Counted from the first letter of the stretch, positions 17,265 to 25,273 are shown. The stretch is 32,000 nucleotides of DNA from Hominicoprocola fusiformis (GCA_040095065.1 JBBNGO010000006.1:48345-80344); one strand, 5' to 3'. The notes: generated from the letters alone by a model not told the origin. Made by a program: numbers and translations.

Positions 17265-19148
17265 ATGACGAAAAAGCAGAAAAAGATGCTCTACCGCATC
17301 CTGATCGCGGCGGTGCTGTTCCTCATCGCGAAGTTTGCGCCGCTGCCGATGATCGTCTCCACGATCCTCTATTTTGCCGCGTATCTCACCATCGGCTACG
17401 ACATTCTGCGCAAGGCATGGAAGGGCATCTGCAACCATCAGGTGTTCGACGAAAACTTCCTGATGGCGGTCGCCACGATCGGCGCCATCGCGCTCGCCAT
17501 CTATGAAAAGAGCGGCGACTATGCCGAGGCCGTGGCGGTCATGCTCTTCTACCAGATCGGCGAGCTGTTCCAGAGCTACGCCGTCGGCAAATCCCGCCGC
17601 AACATCACGGCGCTGATGGACATCCGCCCCGACTACGCGAACATCGAGCGCGACGGCAAGCTCGAGCAGGTCGACCCCGATGACGTGGCCGTCGGCTCGG
17701 TCATCACCGTCCAGCCGGGCGAGAAAATTCCTATCGACGGCGAGATCGTCGAGGGCTCGTCCACGCTCAACACCGCGGCGCTGACGGGCGAGAGCCTCCC
17801 GCGCGACGTGATGACCGGCGACGAGGTCATTAGCGGCTGCATCAACATGACGGGCGTTCTGAAGGTCAAGACCACGAAGGCCTTCGGCGAGTCTACGGTG
17901 TCCAAGATTTTGGAGCTGATGGAAAACTCCAGCTCGCACAAATCCCGCTCCGAGGCGTTCATCTCCCGCTTTGCCCGCGTCTATACTCCCGCCGTGTGCT
18001 ACAGCGCGCTGGCGCTGGCCATTTTGCCCCCGGTCATCAATCTTTTGATGGGCAACGCCGCCTCGTGGGGCGTGTGGGTCTACCGCGCGCTCACGTTCCT
18101 TGTCATTTCGTGTCCCTGCGCGCTGGTCATCAGCATCCCGCTCAGCTTCTTCGCGGGCCTCGGCGGCGCGAGCCATGAGGGCATCCTCATCAAGGGCTCG
18201 AACTACTTGGAGGCGCTGTCCAAGACCAAAATCGTCGTCTTCGACAAGACCGGCACGCTCACGCAGGGCGTGTTCGAGGTCACGGGCGTGCACCACAGCC
18301 CGATGGAGGACCGCAAGCTGCTTGAATACGCGGCGCTTGCCGAGTGTGCGTCCTCACACCCCATCAGCAAGAGCTTGCAAAAGGCCTGCGGCGGCGAGCT
18401 TGACCGCTCCCGCGTGACGGACATCGAAGAGCGCGGCGGCCGCGGCGTGGTCGCGACCGTGGACGGCCACAGTGTGGCCGCGGGCAACGGCAAGCTCATG
18501 GATGAGCTCGGCGTCAAGTGGCAGGAGTGCCACAGCGTCGGCACGATCGTCCACATGGCGGTTGACGGCGAGTACGCCGGCCACATCGTGATCTCCGATG
18601 TCGTCAAGAGCGACGCGCGCGATGCCATCGCGGCTCTCAAGCGCGCGGGCGTGCAGAAGACCGTCATGCTCACGGGCGACATTCAGAGAGTCGCCGATCA
18701 CGTGGCGCAGGAGCTCGGCGTCGACGAGGTCCACGCGGAGCTGCTCCCGGGCGACAAGGTCGCGCGCCTCGAGCGCCTGCTGGGTGAAAAGGGCAAGGAT
18801 GACTGCCTCGCTTTCGTCGGCGACGGCATCAACGACGCGCCCGTGCTCTCCCGCGCGGATATCGGTATCGCGATGGGCGCGATGGGCTCCGACGCCGCCA
18901 TTGAGGCAGCGGACGTCGTGCTGATGGACGACGATCCGATGAAGATCGCCAAGGGCATCCAGATCTCGCGCAAGTGCCTGCGCATCGTGTACGAGAACAT
19001 CGTCTTCTCACTCGGCGTAAAGCTGACGTGTCTGCTGCTCGTCGCCATCGGTATCGCCAACATGTGGATGGGCATCTTCGCCGACGTCGGCGTGATGGTC
19101 TTAGCGGTTCTCAATGCAATCAGAGCGCTGCGCACTTCAAAAAACTGA
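17265..19148 (+). CDS. Heavy-metal-translocating P1B-type ATPase (Cd/Zn/Co-type, CadA/ZntA-like), without an N-terminal HMA domain
   Basis: 627 aa. CPC motif (SCPCALVIS), DKTGTLT phosphorylation site, HP motif (SSHPIS), GDGINDAP hinge. AGGAGG RBS. Confidence 0.9.
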   Translation: MTKKQKKMLYRILIAAVLFLIAKFAPLPMIVSTILYFAAYLTIGYDILRKAWKGICNHQVFDENFLMAVATIGAIALAIYEKSGDYAEAVAVMLFYQIGELFQSYAVGKSRRNITALMDIRPDYANIERDGKLEQVDPDDVAVGSVITVQPGEKIPIDGEIVEGSSTLNTAALTGESLPRDVMTGDEVISGCINMTGVLKVKTTKAFGESTVSKILELMENSSSHKSRSEAFISRFARVYTPAVCYSALALAILPPVINLLMGNAASWGVWVYRALTFLVISCPCALVISIPLSFFAGLGGASHEGILIKGSNYLEALSKTKIVVFDKTGTLTQGVFEVTGVHHSPMEDRKLLEYAALAECASSHPISKSLQKACGGELDRSRVTDIEERGGRGVVATVDGHSVAAGNGKLMDELGVKWQECHSVGTIVHMAVDGEYAGHIVISDVVKSDARDAIAALKRAGVQKTVMLTGDIQRVADHVAQELGVDEVHAELLPGDKVARLERLLGEKGKDDCLAFVGDGINDAPVLSRADIGIAMGAMGSDAAIEAADVVLMDDDPMKIAKGIQISRKCLRIVYENIVFSLGVKLTCLLLVAIGIANMWMGIFADVGVMVLAVLNAIRALRTSKN

Positions 19149-19164
19149 CAAAGTCAGTTTTTTG
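19139..19164 (+). terminator. Rho-independent terminator of the ATPase gene
   Basis: AAAAACTGAC-AAA-GTCAGTTTTTT. The stop codon lies inside the stem. Confidence 0.7.
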
Positions 19165-19283
19165 AGCAGAATTTCACTACGCTCAGCGCACGCGCCAAAG
19201 GCGCGCACGTTCGCTCCGTGCAAAGTGTTTTTTGGCACGCACATTGCGACGCTTATTTTGCGGGCGGCAAAGTCTGCGACGCT
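19159..19283 (+). repeat. Modular intergenic repeat, copy A (modules M1 TTTGAGCAG.., M2 CGCTCCGTG..AAGTGTTTTTTGGCACGCACA, M3 AAAGTCTGCGACGCT)
   Basis: The reverse complement of 21382-21580 carries the same three modules in the same order. The M2 core 19212-19243 matches 21489-21520 (reverse complement) at 30 of 32 nt by hand alignment. Confidence 0.7.
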
Positions 19284-19293
19284 TTTACAAACG

Positions 19294-19322
19294 AGAGGAC
19301 GGCATTTGCCGTCCTCTTTTTG
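19294..19322 (+). terminator. Rho-independent terminator
   Basis: AGAGGACGGC-ATTT-GCCGTCCTCT followed by TTTTT. Confidence 0.65.
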
Positions 19323-19329
19323 TTGTGCA

Positions 19330-19358
19330 TTGCAATGCAGGCTTTCTTTTCGTATAAT
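19330..19358 (+). promoter_or_regulatory. Sigma-A-type promoter of the C-N hydrolase cassette
   Basis: TTGCAA, 17 nt spacer, TATAAT. It lies about 35 nt upstream of the ATG at 19392. Confidence 0.55.
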
Positions 19359-19391
19359 GACCGTATCAAAACGATTTTGGAGGATACTGCC

Positions 19392-20180
19392 ATGAAGGTC
19401 AGCGTGATCCAGATGAATATGCGCTCGCTGGAGAGCAAAGCGAACTTTGACCGCGCGGAGGCGCTCGTGCGCCGCGCTGTCGGGGAAAACGGCCCCGACG
19501 TTGTCGTCCTGCCCGAGACGTGGAACACGGGCTTCATGCCCGCGGGCGACCTTGCTGCGGCGTGCGATGAAAACGCGAAAGCCGTGCGCGCTCGTTTTTC
19601 CCTGCTCGCGCGCGAGCTGAACATCAACATCGTCGCGGGAAGCGTGTCGAATCTCCGCAATGGCAAGATCTACAACACCGCCTGCGTCTTTGACCGCGCG
19701 GGCGCGTGCATTGCCGAATACGACAAGACCCATCCCTTCACGCCGATGGGAGAGCACGAGGTCTACACTCCCGGCGATCACCTCGTCACCTTCACGCTGG
19801 ATAGCGTGCGCTGCGGCCTTCTCATCTGCTACGAGGTGCGCTTTCCCGAGCTGTGGCGCACGCTGGCGCTGCGCGGAGCGCAGGTCATGTTCCTGCCCGC
19901 CCAGTGGACGGCCGCGCGGCAGTACCACTGGGAAACGCTCACCGCCGCCCGCGCGATCGAAAACCAGCTCTTTGTCGTCTCGTGCAACGCCTGCGGCGAG
20001 CGCGACGGCACGCTGTACGGCGGCTTTTCGCGCATCATCGACCCGCTGGGCGCGGTCTTAGCCCAAGGCGGCGGGGAAGAGGAGATCATCACCGCCGACT
20101 TGGACCTTTCCTCCATCGCGCCACTCCGCAAAGCAGTCCCCGTTTTTCACGACCGGCGGCCCGCGCTCTACCGGCTGTAA
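19392..20180 (+). CDS. Carbon-nitrogen hydrolase (nitrilase-superfamily) protein
   Basis: ATG at 19392 with a GGAGGA RBS, 262 aa. Glu-Lys-Cys triad context (VVVLPE, YDKTH, GLLICYE). Confidence 0.8.
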   Translation: MKVSVIQMNMRSLESKANFDRAEALVRRAVGENGPDVVVLPETWNTGFMPAGDLAAACDENAKAVRARFSLLARELNINIVAGSVSNLRNGKIYNTACVFDRAGACIAEYDKTHPFTPMGEHEVYTPGDHLVTFTLDSVRCGLLICYEVRFPELWRTLALRGAQVMFLPAQWTAARQYHWETLTAARAIENQLFVVSCNACGERDGTLYGGFSRIIDPLGAVLAQGGGEEEIITADLDLSSIAPLRKAVPVFHDRRPALYRL

Positions 20181-20218
20181 GGCATCAAAAACCGACAGCA
20201 AAAGAGGCATCAACAGAA

Positions 20219-20713
20219 ATGAAGATCACCCTGCTTGCATCGTTTCTCGTCATGGCGGCGTATTTTCTCCTGCTGTACGCCGGCGTCGGGCTCATTCAGG
20301 AGAAGAAATTCTTCTCCTCCGCGCCGCGTGAGGTCTTCGCCGCCGTTTCTGAGAGAAAAGCCGAGCGCTTCCGCGGCGCGCATATCCTCGGCTGGTACCT
20401 CGGCATCTTGGCGATGCTGCTGTTTCTCGGTGCGGCAGCCCTCGTCGCGTGGGACGGCATCAAAAACAGCTTCCCCTTCGGCGCGTTTTTCACGCGGTAT
20501 CTCGTGATCCTCTATGTCATGGAGGTCTACGACATTCTCTTTTTCGACTGGGTGCTGCTGTGCCACTCGAACTTCTTTCCTCATTTTTACCCCGAGGTCA
20601 AGGGCATCGCCGCCCCGCAGCTGTTCGGGTACAACAAAAAAGCGCATCTTACGCAATTTCTGCTCTACATCCCCCTCTCCGCCGCCCTCGCGTGGGTTTG
20701 CACGCTTTTTTGA
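20219..20713 (+). CDS. Hypothetical integral membrane protein
   Basis: 164 aa from the ATG at 20219, with about 4 hydrophobic helices. The longer ORF-track version (19853) overlaps the hydrolase gene and was rejected. Confidence 0.55.
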   Translation: MKITLLASFLVMAAYFLLLYAGVGLIQEKKFFSSAPREVFAAVSERKAERFRGAHILGWYLGILAMLLFLGAAALVAWDGIKNSFPFGAFFTRYLVILYVMEVYDILFFDWVLLCHSNFFPHFYPEVKGIAAPQLFGYNKKAHLTQFLLYIPLSAALAWVCTLF

Positions 20714-20759
20714 GGTACAATTTCACATCAAAATTTAACAGGACAAGGAGACACACACG

Positions 20760-21209
20760 ATGAACCGTCAAAAGGGAAAAACGGCCCTCATTCTTCTGCT
20801 CGCCATCCTCTGCGCGATCGTCCTGCTCGGCATCCGCGGGACGCGAAAAACCATCGACAAAACCGTTCCCGCAAGGGTCTACGAGGACAACGGTACGACT
20901 TACGCGCCCTCCTCCATCACCATTTCCGGCACGCTCAAAAAGACGTGGTCCTCCACCAGCTTTGTCGGGACCTTTGCCATGGAAAGTTACGAGCCCTCGT
21001 GCAGAGACGGCGTCGAAGCCAAGATCAACTGGGGGGACAACGAGTATCCGATCCTCACCTTTTTCTACGCGGGCAACTTTTCACAGCTCGACGTGAAAAG
21101 TATCGACATCGACAAAGACATGGACCGTATGATGGTCACCCTGAACGACGGCACGATCATCGCCTCAGAAAACTACTTTGTCCCCACAGAAGCAATGAAC
21201 GGCAACTAA
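20760..21209 (+). CDS. Hypothetical membrane-anchored/secreted protein
   Basis: 149 aa. AAGGAGA RBS and an N-terminal hydrophobic anchor (ALILLLAILCAIVLLGI). Confidence 0.6.
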   Translation: MNRQKGKTALILLLAILCAIVLLGIRGTRKTIDKTVPARVYEDNGTTYAPSSITISGTLKKTWSSTSFVGTFAMESYEPSCRDGVEAKINWGDNEYPILTFFYAGNFSQLDVKSIDIDKDMDRMMVTLNDGTIIASENYFVPTEAMNGN

Positions 21210-21223
21210 CGGTAATTTTTCCC

Positions 21224-21378
21224 GCCGCATTTGCCGCCTCCGGCGGCAAACAGGCAAAATCCCTCCCGTGCCGCATTCGCTGCCGGAGGCAGCGAACAGG
21301 CCCCCGCACCCTAAATCCACGCACTATCTCCCATCGCGTCCCCGCCGCATTTTCTGCCCTCACGGGCAGAAAACAGGC
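21224..21378 (+). repeat. Three tandem hairpin units GCCGCATT-[7-8 bp stem/3-4 nt loop]-(A)ACAGGC
   Basis: Units at 21224-21255, 21270-21301 and 21354-21378. The flanks are conserved and the stems differ in sequence but stay complementary (TGCCGCC/GGCGGCA, CGCTGCC/GGCAGCG, TCTGCCC/GGGCAGA). Confidence 0.7.
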
Positions 21379-21381
21379 GCC

Positions 21382-21580
21382 AGCGTCGCAGACTTTCGCG
21401 TCCGCAGACGCGAAATAAATTTTAATCGTTTTTTGGCGCGACAGAAGGTGAATTGCCGCAAAGCGGCAAGAGAAGCCGCCCTGGGGCGTGTGCGTGCCAA
21501 AAAACACTTCTCACGGAGCGCGTGTCGCAGACGCCCTACGGGCGGCAAGGCACGAAGCGCAGTGCAAACCTGCTCAAAAA
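21382..21580 (-). repeat. Modular intergenic repeat, copy B (inverted relative to copy A)
   Basis: Contains M3 (21382-21396), M2 (21489-21520) and M1 (21556-21580) as reverse complements of copy A. An extra M2-like fragment CGCGCCAAAAAACGA lies between them. Confidence 0.7.
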
Positions 21581-21616
21581 AGAGAGGCTGGCCAAATGGC
21601 CAGCCTCTCTTTTTTG
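21575..21616 (-). terminator. Bidirectional terminator downstream of xpt
   Basis: AAAAAA + AGAGAGGCTGGCC / GGCCAGCCTCTCT stem + TTTTTT. Confidence 0.8.
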
Positions 21617-21622
21617 AAGAAC

Positions 21623-22198
21623 TTATTCCTCGCGGAAGACAAATCCGTTCTCGTCCGCCTTTTCGATGACGGCGAGCGCCTTGTAGGGGATACCGCTCGC
21701 GCGGAAGCGGTCACCGCCGCCCTGGAAGCCCTTTTCCACGGCGATGCCGATGCCTTCGAGCTTCGCGCCCGCCTCGTTGACGATATCGACAAGGCCCTGC
21801 ACGGCGAAGCCGTTGGCCATGAAGTCGTCGATGATGAGCACGTGGTCGTCCGCGTTCAGCCACTCCTGAGAGACGAGCAGCGTGACTCTCTTCTTGTAGG
21901 TGTAGGAGAAGACCTCGCTCTGGTACAGGCCGCTTTCGATGTTGTCGCTCTTGGCCTTCTTGGCAAAGAGCATGGGGACGCCGTACTTCTGCGCGCAGAT
22001 GGTCGCAAGCGCGATGCCGCTGGCCTCCGCCGTCAGAACGACAGTGATCTTGCTGGTGTCGAAATACTTGGCGAACTCGTCCGCAATGTCCTCGAGCAGA
22101 CGGGTGTCGACGCGGTGGTTGAGGAAACCGTCGACCTTGACGATGTTGCCGGGCAGGACTCTGCCCTCGCGGCGGATGCGCTCCTGAAGAAGCTCCAT
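21623..22198 (-). CDS. xpt: Xanthine phosphoribosyltransferase
   Basis: 191 aa. MELL..RI..EG.VL.GNI.KVDGFLNH..D..L...I..EFA..F and the PRPP-binding loop VLIIDDFMANG, typical of Firmicute Xpt. Confidence 0.9.
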   Translation of the reverse strand: MELLQERIRREGRVLPGNIVKVDGFLNHRVDTRLLEDIADEFAKYFDTSKITVVLTAEASGIALATICAQKYGVPMLFAKKAKSDNIESGLYQSEVFSYTYKKRVTLLVSQEWLNADDHVLIIDDFMANGFAVQGLVDIVNEAGAKLEGIGIAVEKGFQGGGDRFRASGIPYKALAVIEKADENGFVFREE

Positions 22199-22365
22199 GG
22201 AATTACCCCTCCTGAAAAATGAAAAAATAATTTCTGACGAAATTTTTCGATTGAAATGGTAACTTCCATTTAACAGGATTTTTGTGCAGAATGCAACACG
22301 GCAACTTTGACAAGAATTTGTGCTTTTTTTGCCTCTTTCCGTCTATTTTGGCGGCGGGAGCGCCG

Positions 22366-23520
22366 TTACGTCCCGTTTTGTATCGTTTTGGCAAAGCCCG
22401 CGGCAAAAAGCCGCGCGGCGTTGACGGCTTCTTCGAGCGAATTGCCCGCCGTGCCGACCTCGACGAGAAGCGAGCCCGTCGTCATGTGCTGGTTGTAGCG
22501 GGAGTTGCGCACGGTGACGGGGCGCATGAGGGTCGGATAGTCTTTGTACAGGGTTTCCTGCACGGCGCAGGCGAGCTTTAAGTTCTCGCGCCAGAGATCG
22601 TGACTCAGACCTCCGCCGTTCGACCCGATGACGAATTCGAGCTGTGCGGCGTTTTTATCTTCGCCGCACAGCAGCTTGAACTGCTGGCCGTTCGCGTCCT
22701 GCACCGCGTCGCGGTGCACATCGAGCACGAACGAGATCGAGGGGTACTTTTGCAAGTAGCTCTCGATCGACGCGAGCGAGCGGTTGTACGCGCCCGAATA
22801 GCTCGGATAGTCGTAGAGCGAGCGGTCGTGCACGACGCTGATGCCCGCGTCGGTCATCACCTGCGCCATTTCGTCGCCGATGCGGATCATATTGCAGTTC
22901 GTGTCCAGCGTGCGGAACGTGTCGGACACGTCGTATTCCTGCCCCGGCGGCATGGTGTAGCTCTCCGAGCCGTGGGTGTGGATGATGAGCACCTGCGGCC
23001 CCTCCGCACCGAGCTTTGCTGCATAATCGCCCGAGAGCATCGAGGCGTCGAGCGCGGCATCCGAGCCGTTGTTGATGTACACATTGCCGAATACCGTATA
23101 GCCCGAGGGGTCGGACGCCTTGAGCGTGCGGGCGGGCGAGCCGTTTTCCGTCACGGCGATCTCGTCCGGCGTCTCCTCCTGCGTGAGCACCGTGCCCTCG
23201 CTGTCCTGCGCGTCGCCCGTTTCGCCGCTGCTGTCGTCGGGTTTTTGCTCGAGTTCTGTCGACCACGCCTGCGCGATGTTTTCCTCGCCCTCGCGCAGAA
23301 GCGGCGTCGCATGCAGCGCGAGCGACGTTCGCAGGCTGAGAAAGTCCTCCCCGCCGTCGCCGCGCTCGTAGCGCAGCAGCATCACGCCCAGCGTTTCGTC
23401 CTTGAGCGAGCGGAGCGCATCGCGCGCGTCCTTCGCCGGCGCCGTGACACTCACGCCCCAGAGCGTCACCGCCGAGAGTGCGAGTGAGCACAGCATCCGT
23501 CCTGTCCGTTTCTTTTGCAT
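22366..23520 (-). CDS. spoIIP: Stage II sporulation protein P (SpoIIP amidase family)
   Basis: 384 aa. N-terminal anchor, then VLIIHTHGSESY..., HRD and the SpoIIP C-terminal core (RNSRYNQH.....LLVEVG). AGAGGTGA RBS. Confidence 0.85.
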   Translation of the reverse strand: MQKKRTGRMLCSLALSAVTLWGVSVTAPAKDARDALRSLKDETLGVMLLRYERGDGGEDFLSLRTSLALHATPLLREGEENIAQAWSTELEQKPDDSSGETGDAQDSEGTVLTQEETPDEIAVTENGSPARTLKASDPSGYTVFGNVYINNGSDAALDASMLSGDYAAKLGAEGPQVLIIHTHGSESYTMPPGQEYDVSDTFRTLDTNCNMIRIGDEMAQVMTDAGISVVHDRSLYDYPSYSGAYNRSLASIESYLQKYPSISFVLDVHRDAVQDANGQQFKLLCGEDKNAAQLEFVIGSNGGGLSHDLWRENLKLACAVQETLYKDYPTLMRPVTVRNSRYNQHMTTGSLLVEVGTAGNSLEEAVNAARLFAAGFAKTIQNGT

Positions 23521-23594
23521 CGTGATTCACCTCTTGGGACAATCCTATGTGCGCACTTGCGCCGATATGACATAGTACGCCCGCCGCTTTTCGC

Positions 23595-23623
23595 TTGCAA
23601 TTTTCGCTTTTGCGTGGTATGGT
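23595..23623 (+). promoter_or_regulatory. Sigma-A promoter (extended -10) of the riboswitch-guaD transcript
   Basis: TTGCAA, 17 nt spacer, TATGGT, with TG at -15/-14. It would place the transcription start about 10 nt before the aptamer. Confidence 0.5.
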
Positions 23624-23640
23624 GATGGCAGCGGAGAAAA

Positions 23641-23710
23641 ACTCATATAGTTTCGCTTACATGGCGCGAAAGTTTCTACGGAGCCGCCGAAAGGCTCTGC
23701 TATGGGTGCT
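23641..23710 (+). promoter_or_regulatory. Purine riboswitch aptamer, guanine-type (C at the specificity position)
   Basis: ACUCAUAUA..UUUCGC-UUACAUGGC-GCGAAA-GUUUCUAC-GGAGCC-GCCGAAA-GGCUCU-GCUAUGGGUG. P1 (CUCAUA/UAUGGG), the invariant GUUUCUAC junction, the AUGG and CCG.AA loop motifs and the ..CUAUGGGUG 3' end match my recollection of the B. subtilis xpt aptamer almost position for position. Confidence 0.8.
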
Positions 23711-23779
23711 CAGCCGGGGGAGAGGTCCCCGGGCGGGGCGCTTTTTCTTTTGCACAAAGCTAAAACAGGAGTGACTGAT

Positions 23780-25039
23780 ATGAAGATCCTCAAGGGCAAT
23801 CTCGTTTCCGCACCGGCGCTCGGCAAGCTCGAGATCGTCGAGCACGGCTGCCTCGTCCTGCATGACGACGGCAGCATCCAAAGCGTTGAAAAGGCCGCAC
23901 CGCAAAGCGCCGACGCAGAGGTCATCGACTACGGTGATAGCCTCATCATGCCGTCTTTTGTCGACATGCACCTGCACGCGCCGCAGTACCCCATGCTCGG
24001 CATGGGCATGGACCTGCCGCTGATCGACTGGCTCAACACCTACACGTTCAAGACCGAGGCGCGCTTTGAAGACAGCGACTACGCCCGCCGCATTTACAAA
24101 AAGCTCGCGAGCGACCTCATCACGAGCGGCACGACGCGCGTTTGCATGTTCTCGTCCCTCCACACGGACGCGACGCTCATTTTGATGGAAGAGCTCGAAA
24201 AGGCGGGCGTCACGGGCTATGTCGGCAAGGTCAACATGGACCGCAACGGCAGCCCCGAGCTTCAGGAGACGACCGAGCAGTCCAAGCGCGAAACGCTGCG
24301 CTGGCTGGACGCGTGCGGGCGCTTTAAGACCGTCAAGCCCATCCTGACGCCGCGCTTCACCCCATCGTGCACCGACGAGCTGATGAGCTGGCTCGGCAAG
24401 CTCGCCGCGGAGCGCGGGCTGTACGTCCAATCGCACCTGTCTGAAAATAAGGGTGAGATCGCGTGGGTCAAAGAGCTCTGCCCCGACTGCGCGCAATATT
24501 GGGAGAGCTACGACCGCGCAGGGCTGTGGAAGGATCACACCGTCATGGCGCACTGCGTCCACTCCGACGAGCGCGAGCGCGAGGCCATGCGCGAGCACGG
24601 CGTCGTCACGGCGCACTGCGCGGGGTCGAATATCAACATCTGCTCGGGCGTCGCGCCCGTGCGGACGCTGCTGCGCGAGGGCAACCTCGTCACGCTCGGG
24701 TCCGACATCGCGGGCGGCGCGCTGCTGGCGATGAACAAGGTCATCACCATGTCCATCCGCGCGTCGAAGTTCCGCCACATGCAGACCGACGGGAAGGACG
24801 AATTTCTGACCGTCGAGGAGGGCTACTACCTCGGCTCCAGCGCGGGGCATGAGTATTTCGGCGGGCACGGCGGCTTTGTCCCCGGCGACTATCTCCACGC
24901 CATTGTCGTCGACGATTCCGACTTCACCGAGGCCGCGCATCCGCTCTCGGTGCGCGAGCGCTTCGAGCGCATGATCTACATGATGCACCGGCACAACATC
25001 GTCTCCGTCTGGTCGGAGGGAAAAAACGTCGTTCGCTGA
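23780..25039 (+). CDS. guaD: Guanine deaminase (amidohydrolase superfamily)
   Basis: ATG at 23780 (ACAGGAG RBS), 419 aa. FVDMHLHAPQYPMLG....LPLIDWLNTYTF..E signature and HLSEN. The purine riboswitch sits upstream. Confidence 0.8.
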   Translation: MKILKGNLVSAPALGKLEIVEHGCLVLHDDGSIQSVEKAAPQSADAEVIDYGDSLIMPSFVDMHLHAPQYPMLGMGMDLPLIDWLNTYTFKTEARFEDSDYARRIYKKLASDLITSGTTRVCMFSSLHTDATLILMEELEKAGVTGYVGKVNMDRNGSPELQETTEQSKRETLRWLDACGRFKTVKPILTPRFTPSCTDELMSWLGKLAAERGLYVQSHLSENKGEIAWVKELCPDCAQYWESYDRAGLWKDHTVMAHCVHSDEREREAMREHGVVTAHCAGSNINICSGVAPVRTLLREGNLVTLGSDIAGGALLAMNKVITMSIRASKFRHMQTDGKDEFLTVEEGYYLGSSAGHEYFGGHGGFVPGDYLHAIVVDDSDFTEAAHPLSVRERFERMIYMMHRHNIVSVWSEGKNVVR

Positions 25040-25047
25040 TGAAAGAC

Positions 25048-25079
25048 GGGGGAGAGGGCACGCCCCTCTCCCCGATTTT
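25048..25079 (+). terminator. Rho-independent terminator of guaD
   Basis: GGGGGAGAGGG-CACG-CCCCTCTCCCC followed by GATTTT. Confidence 0.8.
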
Positions 25080-25109
25080 GGAAAATCGCAAAAATTTTCG
25101 GACAAACTA

Positions 25110-25139
25110 TTGACAAAAGGCCTTCTTATTTGGTATAGT
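25110..25139 (+). promoter_or_regulatory. Strong sigma-A promoter of the tRNA operon
   Basis: TTGACA (25110-25115), 18 nt spacer containing TGG (extended -10), TATAGT (25134-25139). It lies 30 nt upstream of tRNA-Met. Confidence 0.6.
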
Positions 25140-25168
25140 AATTTCTGTCCTGTCGAGCAGGAATATTT

Positions 25169-25245
25169 GGCGGCATAGCTCAGCTGGCTAGAGCATGCGG
25201 TTCATACCCGCAGTGTCCCCGGTTCAAATCCAGGTGCCGCTACCA
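25169..25245 (+). tRNA. tRNA-Met (anticodon CAT), elongator-like
   Basis: 77-nt cloverleaf by hand: D-arm AGCUCAGCUGGCUAGAGC, anticodon arm UGCGG-UUCAUAC-CCGCA, T-loop GGUUCAAAUCC and an encoded CCA. One T-stem mismatch and a G1-U72 pair are noted. I cannot exclude a lysidine-modified tRNA-Ile2. Confidence 0.8.
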
Positions 25246-25249
25246 GATG

Positions 25250-25273
25250 CACGGGATGCGAAAGCATCCCGTG
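25250..25273 (+). other. Perfect 10-bp hairpin with GAAA tetraloop in the tRNA-Met/tRNA-Glu spacer
   Basis: CACGGGATGC-GAAA-GCATCCCGTG, with no T-run after it. Confidence 0.6.

Noticed and set aside
17163-18296. 377-aa minus-strand ORF, plus other long antisense ORFs (9922..11214, 21488..22222, 22600..23487, 22655..23542, 19137..19928)
   Set aside because: All lie opposite confidently identified genes (P-type ATPase, mutS, xpt, spoIIP, C-N hydrolase). All are Arg/Ala/Gly-rich without motifs.
22199-22365. Expected purine riboswitch upstream of xpt
   Set aside because: I read the minus strand and found only a possible TTGCAT-17-TTAAAT promoter and a short AT-rich leader. There is no GUUUCUAC junction and no P1/P2/P3 pattern.
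23657-25105. 482-aa minus-strand ORF
   Set aside because: It is antisense to guaD and would run through the riboswitch and the terminator. It is a shadow frame.
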